Below are positions 29,292-39,453 of a DNA stretch of 64,000 nucleotides, in pieces. Each line of letters begins with the position of its first letter. Within the stretch, counting starts at the first letter, position 1. A program made the translations under genes and the position numbers. The notes under the pieces were generated by a model. That model saw only the letters and a program-made list of their open reading frames with translations. It did not search any database and had not been told where the DNA came from. Source of the stretch: Abditibacterium sp. (GTDB lineage: Bacteria > Armatimonadota > Abditibacteriia > Abditibacteriales > Abditibacteriaceae); contig CBDASK010000003.1 in the NCBI GenBank assembly GCA_965199495.1, forward strand, positions 1,952,001 to 2,016,000. Direction: 5' to 3'.

Positions 29292-29822
29292 ATGAAATCT
29301 GACGCGCGCTGGATGACGATATTGGCGGGCCGCGTTCTGGCGAATGCGCTTGTTGGCGGCATAACTTTCGCATTCGTTGGTGCGTTATGTGTCGGCTTAG
29401 CGGGTGGAATTATTGGCATAGCTTTGGATGGGTGGTCGCGCACCTTCAGTCCTGCAGCAGGTTATGGATTTTTTGGTGCATTTATTGGCGCCAAAGTGGG
29501 AGCATTCGACGGAATTGTGGGCGTCTTTCTCTTCGCGATTGCGACGATTCGAGCAAAACCGGGACGTTTATTAAAGCCGTTTAGTGCGCTTATCGGACGC
29601 GTAATTACAGGACAAATTACAGGCACAATGGGCGCGCTCACTTCTTTCATGATATTCGAGTTTGTTAAAACCCTGATAATAAGCCGAGGTTTTTCCCAAA
29701 ACGTTTTTGATGATTTACTCTGGATATTGTTCGGCACGCCCATCCTGATGATTTGCGGCGCCATCGCTGGAGCGTTAACCAAACGCGATTTGCCCAAAGT
29801 CGCCACACTTAATGCGGAATGA
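29292..29822 (+). CDS. Gly/Ala-rich membrane protein, paralog 3
   Basis: GRVLANALVGG...GQITGT...PILMICGAIAGA. Confidence 0.7.
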   Translation: MKSDARWMTILAGRVLANALVGGITFAFVGALCVGLAGGIIGIALDGWSRTFSPAAGYGFFGAFIGAKVGAFDGIVGVFLFAIATIRAKPGRLLKPFSALIGRVITGQITGTMGALTSFMIFEFVKTLIISRGFSQNVFDDLLWILFGTPILMICGAIAGALTKRDLPKVATLNAE

Positions 29823-30415
29823 GAACTTCGCACATCACGCGCAACACCAACGAAACGCAAATCGAACTCGAACTCAACCTCGACGGTTCGGGAAAATTCG
29901 ACATCAATTTGCCCGACGCGGCGGGTCTGCCGTTTCTGGCGCATATGCTCGAACAATGGACGCGGCACGGGCGTTTCGATTTGACGATTCGCGCGACCGG
30001 CGACACCGAAATTGACGGGCATCATCTGGTGGAAGATTTGGGCATCGCCTTAGGTTTGGCCTTAAACGAAGCGGTCGGCGATAAACGCGGCATCGCGCGT
30101 TACGGGTTTTTCATCGCGCCGATGGACGAAGTGTTGATGCTGTGCGCCGTTGATTTTTGCGGGCGCGCTTATTTGCAGCTCGATTGGGAATTGAAGCAAG
30201 ATCGGTTGGGCGATTTCGACGTGCATCTGTTGCGCGAATTTTGGCTCGGACTGGCCAACAACGCGCGTATCAATTTGCATATTCGGCAGCAAACTGGTGG
30301 CAACGCGCATCATGTTATCGAAGCGAGTTTCAAAGCATTGGCGCGCGCGATGCGCGCGGCGCTTGCGGTTGATGGCGACGAATTGCCGACGACGAAAGGC
30401 AAATTGGGCGAGTAG
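29819..30415 (+). CDS. hisB: Imidazoleglycerol-phosphate dehydratase
   Basis: R.T.ETQI, HML, DGHHLVED, PMDE and NAHHVIEASFKA. Confidence 0.97.
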   Translation: MRTSHITRNTNETQIELELNLDGSGKFDINLPDAAGLPFLAHMLEQWTRHGRFDLTIRATGDTEIDGHHLVEDLGIALGLALNEAVGDKRGIARYGFFIAPMDEVLMLCAVDFCGRAYLQLDWELKQDRLGDFDVHLLREFWLGLANNARINLHIRQQTGGNAHHVIEASFKALARAMRAALAVDGDELPTTKGKLGE

Positions 30416-30427
30416 CAACTTTCAGTT

Positions 30428-30555
30428 TTTATTTCACACAAAGAACACGAAGTTTACACAAAGTTCACACAAAAAAATTTTATTTCAATGCTCCAAGTTT
30501 GCTTCAAACTCTTTGTGTTCTTTGTGTGAGCTTCGTGTTCTTTGTGTGAAATAAA
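30428..30555. repeat. CACAAAG-unit inverted element
   Basis: TTTATTTCACACAAAGAACACGAAG...CTTCGTGTTCTTTGTGTGAAATAAA. Confidence 0.8.
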
Positions 30556-30560
30556 CGTTT

Positions 30561-31013
30561 ATGATTCAAGACCACTGGACGACCGTCGCGCACGCGCAAT
30601 TGGAAGCGATTGCCGAAATGATGCGCGGTCGCTTGGAAGCTGAGGGCATCGAAGCGGTTTTGCGCGGCAACCGTGTCGCAGGCGCGGCGGGTGTCGTCAA
30701 TGAATTGAACATTTCGTGGAGTAATCCTCTGGGCGGCATCGAAGTGCGCGTGCGGCCCGAAGATGTCGAACGAGCGAAAGAAATTTTGGCGGTTGACGAG
30801 CGGGCCGCAGACGAGCCACGGCGCCGGTTGGAAACGCCGTGGTGGGCACAAGCCTTGGGCGCGTGGTATGGCGCCGTGGCTGGATTAATGGTGGCTGGCA
30901 TTTTCCAGCCACCAGGAATTTGGATTTCGGTCGTGGCGGCAATCGCAGGTTATGCGTTGGTTTTGTGGATTGGACGGCGGCGCGGGACACACAACGATTC
31001 CGAGCCAATTTAG
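30561..31013 (+). CDS. DUF2007-like signal-transducing domain plus 2 TMs
   Basis: AEMMRGRLEAEGIEA...GIEVRVRPEDVERAKEIL. Confidence 0.75.
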   Translation: MIQDHWTTVAHAQLEAIAEMMRGRLEAEGIEAVLRGNRVAGAAGVVNELNISWSNPLGGIEVRVRPEDVERAKEILAVDERAADEPRRRLETPWWAQALGAWYGAVAGLMVAGIFQPPGIWISVVAAIAGYALVLWIGRRRGTHNDSEPI

Positions 31014-31076
31014 CCCGCGCGCAACACAAACGCGGTAAACCTACTTTCACGTTTGGCCGTTGCAATGGCCCTTAGC

Positions 31077-31682
31077 ATGATTACGATTCTCGATTATTCG
31101 GTTAACAACCTGCGCTCGGTGCAAAAAGCCTTTGAGCATCTGGGCCACAAAACTCAAGTGACCGCCGATCCCGACATCGTCGCGCGCGCCGAAAAATTGG
31201 TTTTGCCCGGCGTCGGCGCCTTCGGGCACGCGATGAAAAACCTGCGCGAACGCGAGTTAATCGAACCGGTTTTAGAAGCCGTCACATCGGGCAAAACTAT
31301 CATGGGCGTTTGCCTGGGCATGCAACTGTTGTTCGATTGGAGCGAAGAACTGGGGTTGCATCAGGGTTTGGGAATAGTGGCGGGCAAAGTCGTTAAATTT
31401 CCCGATGTGCCCGATTTGAAAGTGCCACACATGGGCTGGAGTCGTTTGGATTTCCCGCGTCCCTCGCGCTTATTTTCCGGCTTGGAAAACGGCGATATGA
31501 CGTATTTCGTGCATTCCTATCATGTTTTGCCCGAAGACGAAAACGTAATCGTGGCGCGCGGGCATCACGGGACGCCGTTTGTCGCGGGTGTCGAGCGCGG
31601 GAATGTGATGGGCGCGCAGTTTCACCCGGAAAAATCGAGCGCGGTCGGGCTGAAAATTTTGGATAATTTTGGGAGACTTTAA
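31077..31682 (+). CDS. hisH: Imidazole glycerol phosphate synthase glutaminase subunit
   Basis: LPGVGAF, GVCLGMQLL, VPHMGW, YFVHSY and QFHPEKS. Confidence 0.97.
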   Translation: MITILDYSVNNLRSVQKAFEHLGHKTQVTADPDIVARAEKLVLPGVGAFGHAMKNLRERELIEPVLEAVTSGKTIMGVCLGMQLLFDWSEELGLHQGLGIVAGKVVKFPDVPDLKVPHMGWSRLDFPRPSRLFSGLENGDMTYFVHSYHVLPEDENVIVARGHHGTPFVAGVERGNVMGAQFHPEKSSAVGLKILDNFGRL

Positions 31683-32249
31683 ATGGAAAAGCAAAAGGCG
31701 CAGGAGATTTTGAGCGCGGCGCGCGAGCATGGAAACCTCGTGTCGGTTTATCAGAGTTACTATTCGATCAATTTTTCGGCGGGTTTTGTCAGCGCCTTTT
31801 CCGACGATGAAGTCGTCATCGAAAGCCTGACGCCGCGCGGGCAATGTAGCGGTTGGCTGTCGCGCAAATTCGATAATATCGTGCGCATTGACACCGGCGG
31901 GCGCTACGAAGAAACGCTGCTTTCGTTGCACCGCGCGCGTGGCGGCGGGCATCGCGCCGATTTTTTGCCGACGCTCGATTTGACCAGCAACGTGCGCGTC
32001 GAAATGCTGCTGGCCGCGCGCGGGCACGATTACGCGGTGCGCATTGATACCGGCGCCGAAGAGGATATTCGCGGTTTCGTGCGCGAAGTTGGGCCGGAAA
32101 CGGTTTCCATCGAAAAGTTCAATTTGCACGGACAAAGCGACGGCGATTGCACGCTCGATATGGACATCATTGACGGCATTTACGTGGACGACGATGAATT
32201 GCAGGATTTAAAATTACTGGCGCGCTGGCACGATATGCCGCCGGTTTAG
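31683..32249 (+). CDS. Hypothetical protein (two similar Sm-like beta domains)
   Basis: Directly follows hisH; internal duplication GFV...V.IE...G in both halves. Confidence 0.65.
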   Translation: MEKQKAQEILSAAREHGNLVSVYQSYYSINFSAGFVSAFSDDEVVIESLTPRGQCSGWLSRKFDNIVRIDTGGRYEETLLSLHRARGGGHRADFLPTLDLTSNVRVEMLLAARGHDYAVRIDTGAEEDIRGFVREVGPETVSIEKFNLHGQSDGDCTLDMDIIDGIYVDDDELQDLKLLARWHDMPPV

Positions 32250-32269
32250 ATGCGACATAAACTGCGCCC

Positions 32270-32632
32270 ATGACCGCTACTTCGCGCGAGCAAATCGCGC
32301 CTTATGTCACCGCCGACGGCTCGACGATTCGCGAACTGCTCAACGCCGCCAATTCGCCGATGACGAACCAGAGTTTGGCCGAAGCGACATTAATTCCCGG
32401 CCAGCAGACGGCGCGCCATTTTCATCCGCAGTCGCAGGAGATTTATTTCATCTTGAGCGGGCGTGGCTGCCTGACGATTGGCGATGAAATGCGCGAGGTG
32501 CAAAGCGGCGATGCCATCGCAATTGCGGCGGGACAGGCGCATTGTGTCGAAAATATCGGCGCGGGCGAGCTGCGTTTGTTGTGCTGTTGCGCGCCCGCCT
32601 ACTCGCACGAAGACACAGTTTTGTGCCCCTAA
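32270..32632 (+). CDS. Cupin domain protein
   Basis: HFH..SQEIYFILSG.G...GDAIAI..GQAH...N...PAYSHEDT. Confidence 0.88.
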   Translation: MTATSREQIAPYVTADGSTIRELLNAANSPMTNQSLAEATLIPGQQTARHFHPQSQEIYFILSGRGCLTIGDEMREVQSGDAIAIAAGQAHCVENIGAGELRLLCCCAPAYSHEDTVLCP

Positions 32633-32759
32633 TTTGCTCTGTTCGAGCGTGACAAAACCAGTGACGGGTTGTGCGCACTGCCACTGGTGCGGCATCCTTA
32701 ATGCTTGGCAGAAAAGTTCTCCAACGGAGCGAACGGCAAAAATTAAAACAGGAAAAACT

Positions 32760-33788
32760 ATGGCGCTATTTGGTAAAAAGAAAGCGGCGGCAACTCCCGC
32801 CCCTCAACCCAATCCCGAAGATGACATTCAGGTCATGGGCGGCGACGCCGACGAAACCGGCCTCGAAGACGACGACGGCGGACAAGTCATTGACTTCGAT
32901 GCCATCGCGCAAGACCTCAACGCGCACGACAACGACTCGACGATGGATGCGTTTCTGGGCCGCAATGCCGACGCCAGTGACGATACCAGCCACGGCGCGG
33001 CAGATGTCCCTGATGCCACCAATTTAGACGATGAAATTGATTTCGGCACCAACTTCGACGCGGGCACGCCCGCAATTCCAGTTGCGACCGAAACCAATCC
33101 ATTCGCTGAAACGCCCGATTTCGGCAACGCGCCCGACATCGAGCCGATAGTTCAGGCGCCCGATGTTCAGACGCCCGACGTTCAGACGCACGCGCCACCG
33201 ATGACTTATACAGCGCCGATTCTGACTTCCGATTTGGCCGCCAACGGTTCGGCGCCCGCTATGAAAAAATCGGTGCCGTTGCCGATGTTGCTGGGGGCCG
33301 TTGGGCTTTTGGCGGCGTTGGGCGGCGTGGGTTACTGGGTCACCAGCGCGAAACCAGAAACCCCAGCACCCGTCGTCGCGGCGAACCCGCCATCGGAAAC
33401 CATTCCCTCGACACCCGGTGCTGCCAATGATACTATGCCCAGTGGCGCCGTGGCTGCTCCGGGCGGGCCGAGTGGCGCGGTCAATCAGGGCATCGCCGTT
33501 GACGGCGTTCCCATCACGCCCGGCGCGGTCGTTCGGCAAGCGCCCATCGGTTCCGTCGCGCCCAACACCGCGCTGGGCACCGCACCAGCCACGGCGTTGG
33601 GAGGGGCCAATGCCAACGTAACGCCCGCCGTCAAAGCACAGCTTAAAGCGTTGTGGAACAAAGGCGCCGAAGCCAAACACTCCGGCGACTTCGCCGGAGC
33701 GCGCGCCGCGTGGACGCAAATGCAAAATTTGCGTCCCAGTGCCGCCGTCAAATCGGCCATTGACAAGTTGCCGCCAGCTAAAAGATAA
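32760..33788 (+). CDS. Hypothetical bitopic membrane protein with an acidic disordered N-terminus and a short TPR-like C-terminus
   Basis: D/E/P-rich N-half, a single TM (LLGAVGLLAALGGVGYW) and GDFAGARAAW. Confidence 0.7.
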   Translation: MALFGKKKAAATPAPQPNPEDDIQVMGGDADETGLEDDDGGQVIDFDAIAQDLNAHDNDSTMDAFLGRNADASDDTSHGAADVPDATNLDDEIDFGTNFDAGTPAIPVATETNPFAETPDFGNAPDIEPIVQAPDVQTPDVQTHAPPMTYTAPILTSDLAANGSAPAMKKSVPLPMLLGAVGLLAALGGVGYWVTSAKPETPAPVVAANPPSETIPSTPGAANDTMPSGAVAAPGGPSGAVNQGIAVDGVPITPGAVVRQAPIGSVAPNTALGTAPATALGGANANVTPAVKAQLKALWNKGAEAKHSGDFAGARAAWTQMQNLRPSAAVKSAIDKLPPAKR

Positions 33789-33792
33789 GAGG

Positions 33793-33830
33793 TAAAAGTA
33801 AGCTCTAAAAACTAAATGAGCTTACTTTTA
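33793..33830 (+). terminator. Hairpin, possible terminator
   Basis: TAAAAGTAAGCTC-12 nt-GAGCTTACTTTTA. Confidence 0.45.
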
Positions 33831-33847
33831 GTCTTCATTCTTTCTTC

Positions 33848-34456
33848 ATGTTCATTACTTTCGAGGGCATTGACGGCTGCGGCAAAACCACACAATTGCT
33901 CCGCTTGAAGGCGCGATTGGAAGCGCGCGGCGTCGCCGTGGTTTCGACGCGCGAACCGGGCGGCACAGCGCTCGCCGAATCGTTGCGCGAAACGTTGTTG
34001 CACGGCGGCGATATTACGGCACGCGCCGAACTTTTATTGTTTGGCGCCGCGCGCGCCCAACACGCGAGCGAAATCATTCGGCCCGCATTGGAGCGCGGCG
34101 CGTGGGTTTTGTGCGACCGATTCATTGATTCGAGCGAGGCGTATCAGGGCGGCGGATTGGGTTTGAATCGCGATTTCATCCGCGCCATGAACGCGTTCGC
34201 GACTGACGATTTAACGCCCGACCTCACATTTTTTGTGGATGTCGCGCCCGACGTTGGAGCGTCTCGACGAGCGGGCGAAAAAGCCGACCGCATCGAATCG
34301 CGCGGCGCGGAGTTTGGCGAACGCGTGCGCGCGATTTATCTCGAAATCGCCGCGCGCGAAAAGGCGCGCGTCGTCACGGTTGATGGCGCGTTGTCGCCCG
34401 ACGAAGTTGAGGCGGCGATTTGGGGGAAACTTTCGCAATTGCTTCCAAAACCATGA
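33848..34456 (+). CDS. tmk: Thymidylate kinase
   Basis: FITFEGIDGCGKTT, REPGG, DRFIDSS.AYQG and PDLT. Confidence 0.97.
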   Translation: MFITFEGIDGCGKTTQLLRLKARLEARGVAVVSTREPGGTALAESLRETLLHGGDITARAELLLFGAARAQHASEIIRPALERGAWVLCDRFIDSSEAYQGGGLGLNRDFIRAMNAFATDDLTPDLTFFVDVAPDVGASRRAGEKADRIESRGAEFGERVRAIYLEIAAREKARVVTVDGALSPDEVEAAIWGKLSQLLPKP

Positions 34457-35541
34457 ACCCACTTATCGGACACCAGCCACGTTGGAACGCCATCGCGCGC
34501 GCGTTTAGCAAAGGCATCGTGCCGCAAACTTTGTTGGTGAGCGGGCCGCCGGGCGTTGGCAAAACGACGTTCGTGACGCGTTATGCGCAACTGCTGTTGT
34601 GCGCCGATTTGCAAACCGACGAAGCCGGTTTGCCCGCGCCCTGCGGCCTTTGCAGAGCGTGCCATCAAGTCGCAATCGGTACTTTTCCCGATTACCGATT
34701 TTTCCGTCCGTGGATCGGTTCGTCGGAGAAAACCGATGCGCCCGAAGCGCTCGATGCGAGCGTAATTACGGTGGATTTGGCGCGTGCATTTAATCACGAA
34801 GCCGAATTGAAACCGGTCGTTGGCGCGCGCAAAGTTTTGGTAATGCACCAGTTTGAGCGCGCCAACGATAGCGCGCAAAACGCGATGCTCAAGACGCTCG
34901 AAGAACCACCGGCCTCGACTTCGCTGGTTTTGACCTGCGAAAATCCGCGCCGCCTACGCGAAACCATTCTCTCGCGCTGCTGGCACTTGCAACTGGTTCC
35001 GGCGCCTTTAACGGAAATCGGCGCGTGGCTGCAAAGCCAGTTTCCCGATGCTTCGGCAAATCAAATTGACATCGCCCTCCGCGCGTGTCTGGGCCGACCG
35101 GGCGCGGCGTGGTGCGAATTGGAACGCTTGCAAAACGCGACCGACGAGAACGGTTCGCGCTTTCAAATCGCCTCGGAAATGCTCAATCGTTTGGACAACG
35201 CGTTGCCCGTGGCTGCTCTGGGGTTCACCGCCGAAGCGATCAAATGGGCCGAAGTCTGGTGGGACGAAGACGCGGGTGCAGAAGCCGACGCCAAAAAGCT
35301 GGCGAGCAAAGGCAAACGCACGGCGGCGGCGCGTTTTTTAGACGAACTCATGGTCGCCGCGCGCGCGCGTTGGATGAACGATCCGAGTTCCTACACGCAG
35401 GGTGCGGCGCGCTTGGATCAAATGCGCCGCGCGCGCGAATACATTTTGCGCAATGCCAATGCGCAGTTGGCCCTCGATGTGATGTTTGGCCGTCTGATTG
35501 CCACAAAAGCGCGCGAATTGCCGCGCGGCGCCAGAAATTAA
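34453..35541 (+). CDS. holB: DNA polymerase III delta' subunit
   Basis: GPPGVGKT, CGLCRAC, AQNAMLKTLEEPP and TILSRC; follows tmk. Confidence 0.9.
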   Translation: MNPLIGHQPRWNAIARAFSKGIVPQTLLVSGPPGVGKTTFVTRYAQLLLCADLQTDEAGLPAPCGLCRACHQVAIGTFPDYRFFRPWIGSSEKTDAPEALDASVITVDLARAFNHEAELKPVVGARKVLVMHQFERANDSAQNAMLKTLEEPPASTSLVLTCENPRRLRETILSRCWHLQLVPAPLTEIGAWLQSQFPDASANQIDIALRACLGRPGAAWCELERLQNATDENGSRFQIASEMLNRLDNALPVAALGFTAEAIKWAEVWWDEDAGAEADAKKLASKGKRTAAARFLDELMVAARARWMNDPSSYTQGAARLDQMRRAREYILRNANAQLALDVMFGRLIATKARELPRGARN

Positions 35542-35764
35542 TCAACGCGCGTCAGCAAATGGATTGTTATGAGCGCCATTTTTTCGGCGTTAATTGCTGG
35601 ATTGCGCACACAGAATCACGTTTTGGGAGCGCGGGCACCCAAGTTCAGTTAAAATATAGCGGAAGATTTGACGGCGCCGAAAGAGTACCTTCGCCCGTTC
35701 GTCAAAGGTCAGTCGAGCGTTTGTTGTTTGGAAACGCTCTGGAAAAAGTCGAAGGAGAAAAATT

Positions 35765-36100
35765 ATGTCTCAAGTCGCAGCCGTGGGCGCGGGCAACTTT
35801 GAAAACGAAGTTGTTCAGGCCAGCAAAGAAGAGCTTGTCATCGTGGATTTCTGGGCCGAATGGTGTTCGCCCTGCAAAATGCTGTCGCCGATTTTAGATC
35901 GCGTCGCCGATAAATACACGGGGCGCGTCAAAGTCGTCAAGTGCAATATTGACGAGAATCAGGACATCGCCGGGCAATACGCGATATTTTCGATTCCCAA
36001 TCTGGTGTTCTTCCGCGACGGGCAAGTCGTGGATCAGTCGGTCGGATACGCGGGCGAAGCGCAACTCGCCGCCAAAGTCGAAGAAGTTTTGAACTCCTAA
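35765..36100 (+). CDS. trxA: Thioredoxin
   Basis: VDFWAEWCSPCK and SIP; SD sequence GAAGGAG. Confidence 0.93.
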   Translation: MSQVAAVGAGNFENEVVQASKEELVIVDFWAEWCSPCKMLSPILDRVADKYTGRVKVVKCNIDENQDIAGQYAIFSIPNLVFFRDGQVVDQSVGYAGEAQLAAKVEEVLNS

Positions 36101-36129
36101 TGGCCATTTTTCATGGCCGACAATTTCCT

Positions 36130-36891
36130 ATGACCTTCGAGAAACCGCGCGTCGCCGCCATAATTCCGGCCTACAACGAAGCAGATCGCGTCGTCGCCGT
36201 TCTCGAATCTATCGCTGATGCCCACAACGTCAGCGAAGTTTTGTGCGTCACCGACGGTTGCTCCGACGACACCGCCGCGCAGGTCGAAGCGTTCATCGCT
36301 GGGCGCGACGCAGCAGCCACGCCGGTTCGCTTGTTGGAACTCGTCCAGAATATCGGCAAAGGCGGCGCGATGGCGCACGGCGCGCACCACACCGACGCCG
36401 AAGTTTTGCTGTTTCTCGACGCCGATTTAATCGGCCTGAAATCCACGCAAGTGGACGAGATGCTCGAACCGATGCTGCACGAACATGAACCCGCCGACAT
36501 GACGCTGGGCCTGTTTGGCGCCGTGCGCGGCGGGCCTTTGGGTTGGTGGCTGAGTTGGTGCCATCGCGCCACGCCCTCGATTACCGGCCAGCGCGCGATT
36601 CGTCGCGACCTGTTTTTGTCCACGCCCGGCCTGACGCGCTCGCGCTTTGGCGTCGAGGCCGCGATTACGCGCTGGGTGCAATCTGATCCAAGTTTAAAAG
36701 TGGATTTCGTCTATCTGCATTCGGTGACGCATCCGATTAAAGAAGAAAAATTGGGCGTAATTCGCGGCACGCGTAATCGCATGAGAATGTATCGCGACAT
36801 CGGCCAAACGTTGGTTTCGGACGTGGCGCGCCAGCAAACCGCGATTCGCCGCGAAAAAGCGTTGCGCTGGTTCGAGCGTTTGACGAAATAG
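36130..36891 (+). CDS. Glycosyltransferase family 2
   Basis: IIPAYNE, DGCSDDT, GKGGAM, FLDAD, GQRA and FGVE. Confidence 0.88.
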   Translation: MTFEKPRVAAIIPAYNEADRVVAVLESIADAHNVSEVLCVTDGCSDDTAAQVEAFIAGRDAAATPVRLLELVQNIGKGGAMAHGAHHTDAEVLLFLDADLIGLKSTQVDEMLEPMLHEHEPADMTLGLFGAVRGGPLGWWLSWCHRATPSITGQRAIRRDLFLSTPGLTRSRFGVEAAITRWVQSDPSLKVDFVYLHSVTHPIKEEKLGVIRGTRNRMRMYRDIGQTLVSDVARQQTAIRREKALRWFERLTK

Positions 36892-36898
36892 AATTCCG

Positions 36899-37117
36899 AT
36901 GTGGCTCGCTCTCACGCTCTTTTTCTTCGTCGCTTTTTTAGCGTCGCTTTTCGGCGTCGCGCGTCTGGGCTTCGACGCTCAGGGCCAATGGCAACGCGGC
37001 GGCAAATATCTCATCGGCGGCGCGGCGCTTTCGCTTTTTATCTGGCTTTTTGCCCTCTCGAAAGTGCCGCCGCCCTACCCGATGCAGGAACTCAAAAATT
37101 ACGAGTTGCCGAAATAG
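36899..37117 (+). CDS. Small 2-TM membrane protein
   Basis: 72-aa hydrophobic ORF directly after the GT2 gene. Confidence 0.6.
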   Translation: MWLALTLFFFVAFLASLFGVARLGFDAQGQWQRGGKYLIGGAALSLFIWLFALSKVPPPYPMQELKNYELPK

Positions 37118-37160
37118 AAAAGAGCCAGCAAATTCGGTTTGCTGGCTCTTTTCTATTTCG
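37110..37160. terminator. Bidirectional terminator overlapping both convergent stop codons
   Basis: CGAAATAGAAAAGAGCCAGCAAA-TTCGG-TTTGCTGGCTCTTTTCTATTTCG. Confidence 0.8.
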
Positions 37161-39453
37161 CCGCCAGATAGACAATCGTCAAATCGTCGCTTTGCGGGGC
37201 GTCGCCGACGTGTTCTTGCACGGCGGCTTCGAGATGTCTCATCTCGCGGCTTTCCTGCTCAACTGGAGGATTGCAACTCGCCGAATCATCGCTGAAAATA
37301 CCGCTATCGGCGACCTTGGATTTCCTGCGGCTGGGCTTTTTGGGCTGGACGTGGTTGCTTGCGCCGTTGCCATTGGTTGCGGCGCTCTTTGGCGAATTTT
37401 CGCCCAAGGTTTGCGGCGGCACGCCCAGAGATTCCAAAACTCTGTCCATGCCGAACTCTTCGCCCGACGAGTTCATCGCTTCCGTCAGGCCGTCGGTGAA
37501 GAGTAGCAGACGGTCGCCGGAGTGCATTTGGATGGTTTCGATTTCCAGAAAATCGGAAAATTCCGGCGCGCCGATGATGCCCAACGGGAAACCTTCGGGC
37601 GAGAGCATCTCAACGGTGTGGTCGGAGTGCGCGAACAATAACGTCTCGTGCCCGGCGCGCGCCCAAGTGAATTTTTTGGTCGAAACTTCCAAAATCCCAT
37701 AAACGCAGGTCACGAACATATCGCGGCGCAGGTCTTCCGAAATAAACGTGTTGACGCGGCTCAACACGTCGCGCACATCGTAATTATCGGGCGCCTGAAT
37801 GCGAAACGCCGAGCGAATCATCGCCACGACCAAGGCCGCGTAAACGCCCTTACCCGAAACATCGGCCACGACGATGCCCAGATGATCGTCGTCCACCCAG
37901 AAGAAATCGTAATAATCGCCGCCGACTTCCATCGCCGATGTGCCGCGCGCCGCGATCTCGAAGCCCTCGATAATCGGGCAATGATCGGGCAGCAAACGCT
38001 GCTGAATATCGCGCGCAATTTGCAGGTCGCGGCGCAAACGTTCCTGCGCGGCGACTTCGACGGTGAGAAGCGCATTGTTGATGCTCAAGCTGGCTTGGTC
38101 GGCGAGGGTTTGCAGCAGCGATTTATCGTCTTCGCCAAAGCTGCCGCGCTGCTTGTTCAAAACCGCCATCACGCCGAGCATTTCGTCGCGCACGCGCAGG
38201 GGCACAACCAGAAGCGAGCGGTTGCGCATATATTCGGTCGTGGTGCCCAGCAAAATTTTCGCGGCGCGCGCATCAAAGATGAGTTGGGCGTGGCCGCTCT
38301 GGGCGACTTCACCGATGACGCCTTCGCCCAGCGCGAACCGTTGTTCGCGCATCTGTTCTTCCAGCGATTCGGTGCGCCGCTCGTTCAAGTTGCTGCTCAC
38401 TTCGACATAAAGCGGCGGGAAAAAGTTGAGCACGACGCGCGGCTCTAATTCGGTTTTGTCGTTGTCGAACAAGAAAATCGCGCCCGCCGAAGCCTCGGTC
38501 GTTTCGAGCGCCGATTCCAGAATAATACCCAGAATCTGATTCACTTCGACATCGGTGGTGAACGCCTCGCCCAACCGCTTGAGGAAGGTAAAAATTACCG
38601 TTCGCTCGCGGCCCAGACGGTGCCGCGACAGCTCCATCGCTTCGTAATCGTTGAGCGTGCCACGCGCAATCGAACCAACCAGCATCGTGGTCGCCACGAA
38701 CAAACCGACCGGGTAAAACGACGGATTGTGCAGCAAGTCGCCCATCGTGAGTACGACCAGCCACGTCCCCAGTGCGATGAAAATCGTGGTGTTGGGGAAA
38801 ATTAATAATCCGGCGATGGGAGTTTCTTGGTTGCGTCCACGCAAAGTGACGATGAGAAACGCGAGTAGCGCAACGCGAAACAGTAACGTCGCCCACAACA
38901 TCACGACGTGCGCGTTAGGGCCCAGTAAATTGGTCGAGTAAAGCAGGGCCAACAGGCCCATGATGGACGCCACGACCGACAGAATTTGCAACGGCACGCT
39001 GGAACCTTTGGCGCCTTCGCCTTCGCCCATTTTCCATTCGTGCAACAGAGCGTAACCCAAAAACGCCAATCCGATGGTTTCCAAAACGCCCAGCCACGGC
39101 CAGATATGGGTCGCCAGAAGAATGCTGGAATCGAATCTGCCCGAATTCCACCAGCTCACCCATTTGTCCCACGCGCCGCCCTGAAAAACCGAAGCCGTGA
39201 CGACGAGGCTGAGAAATTGGCGAATCAGCAGCACGCTGAAAGCCATTAAGAGGCGCGTATATTGGACGCGGCGACGGCGCGCGGCGGCGAAATAATCGTA
39301 GGAGGGTTTCTCTTCGGTGAAGTAGAGATAGAGATATTCGCGGCGCCGCGCGGCGTTCCAGTCGAAATAAACGAACAGCAACCCGCCCGCGCAAATCAGC
39401 AGGTTGAGAACGCTTAACGCAAAAACGACCGTTGGTGTCGCAATCATAACCAC
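37153..39453 (-). CDS. Membrane GAF plus SpoIIE/RsbU PP2C phosphatase
   Basis: Multi-TM N-terminus, GAF domain (GEGVIG..A...LLVVPL), EVGGDYYD, ADVSGKG, FTDGLTEA and QSDDLT. Confidence 0.9.
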   Translation of the reverse strand: MVMIATPTVVFALSVLNLLICAGGLLFVYFDWNAARRREYLYLYFTEEKPSYDYFAAARRRRVQYTRLLMAFSVLLIRQFLSLVVTASVFQGGAWDKWVSWWNSGRFDSSILLATHIWPWLGVLETIGLAFLGYALLHEWKMGEGEGAKGSSVPLQILSVVASIMGLLALLYSTNLLGPNAHVVMLWATLLFRVALLAFLIVTLRGRNQETPIAGLLIFPNTTIFIALGTWLVVLTMGDLLHNPSFYPVGLFVATTMLVGSIARGTLNDYEAMELSRHRLGRERTVIFTFLKRLGEAFTTDVEVNQILGIILESALETTEASAGAIFLFDNDKTELEPRVVLNFFPPLYVEVSSNLNERRTESLEEQMREQRFALGEGVIGEVAQSGHAQLIFDARAAKILLGTTTEYMRNRSLLVVPLRVRDEMLGVMAVLNKQRGSFGEDDKSLLQTLADQASLSINNALLTVEVAAQERLRRDLQIARDIQQRLLPDHCPIIEGFEIAARGTSAMEVGGDYYDFFWVDDDHLGIVVADVSGKGVYAALVVAMIRSAFRIQAPDNYDVRDVLSRVNTFISEDLRRDMFVTCVYGILEVSTKKFTWARAGHETLLFAHSDHTVEMLSPEGFPLGIIGAPEFSDFLEIETIQMHSGDRLLLFTDGLTEAMNSSGEEFGMDRVLESLGVPPQTLGENSPKSAATNGNGASNHVQPKKPSRRKSKVADSGIFSDDSASCNPPVEQESREMRHLEAAVQEHVGDAPQSDDLTIVYLAAK

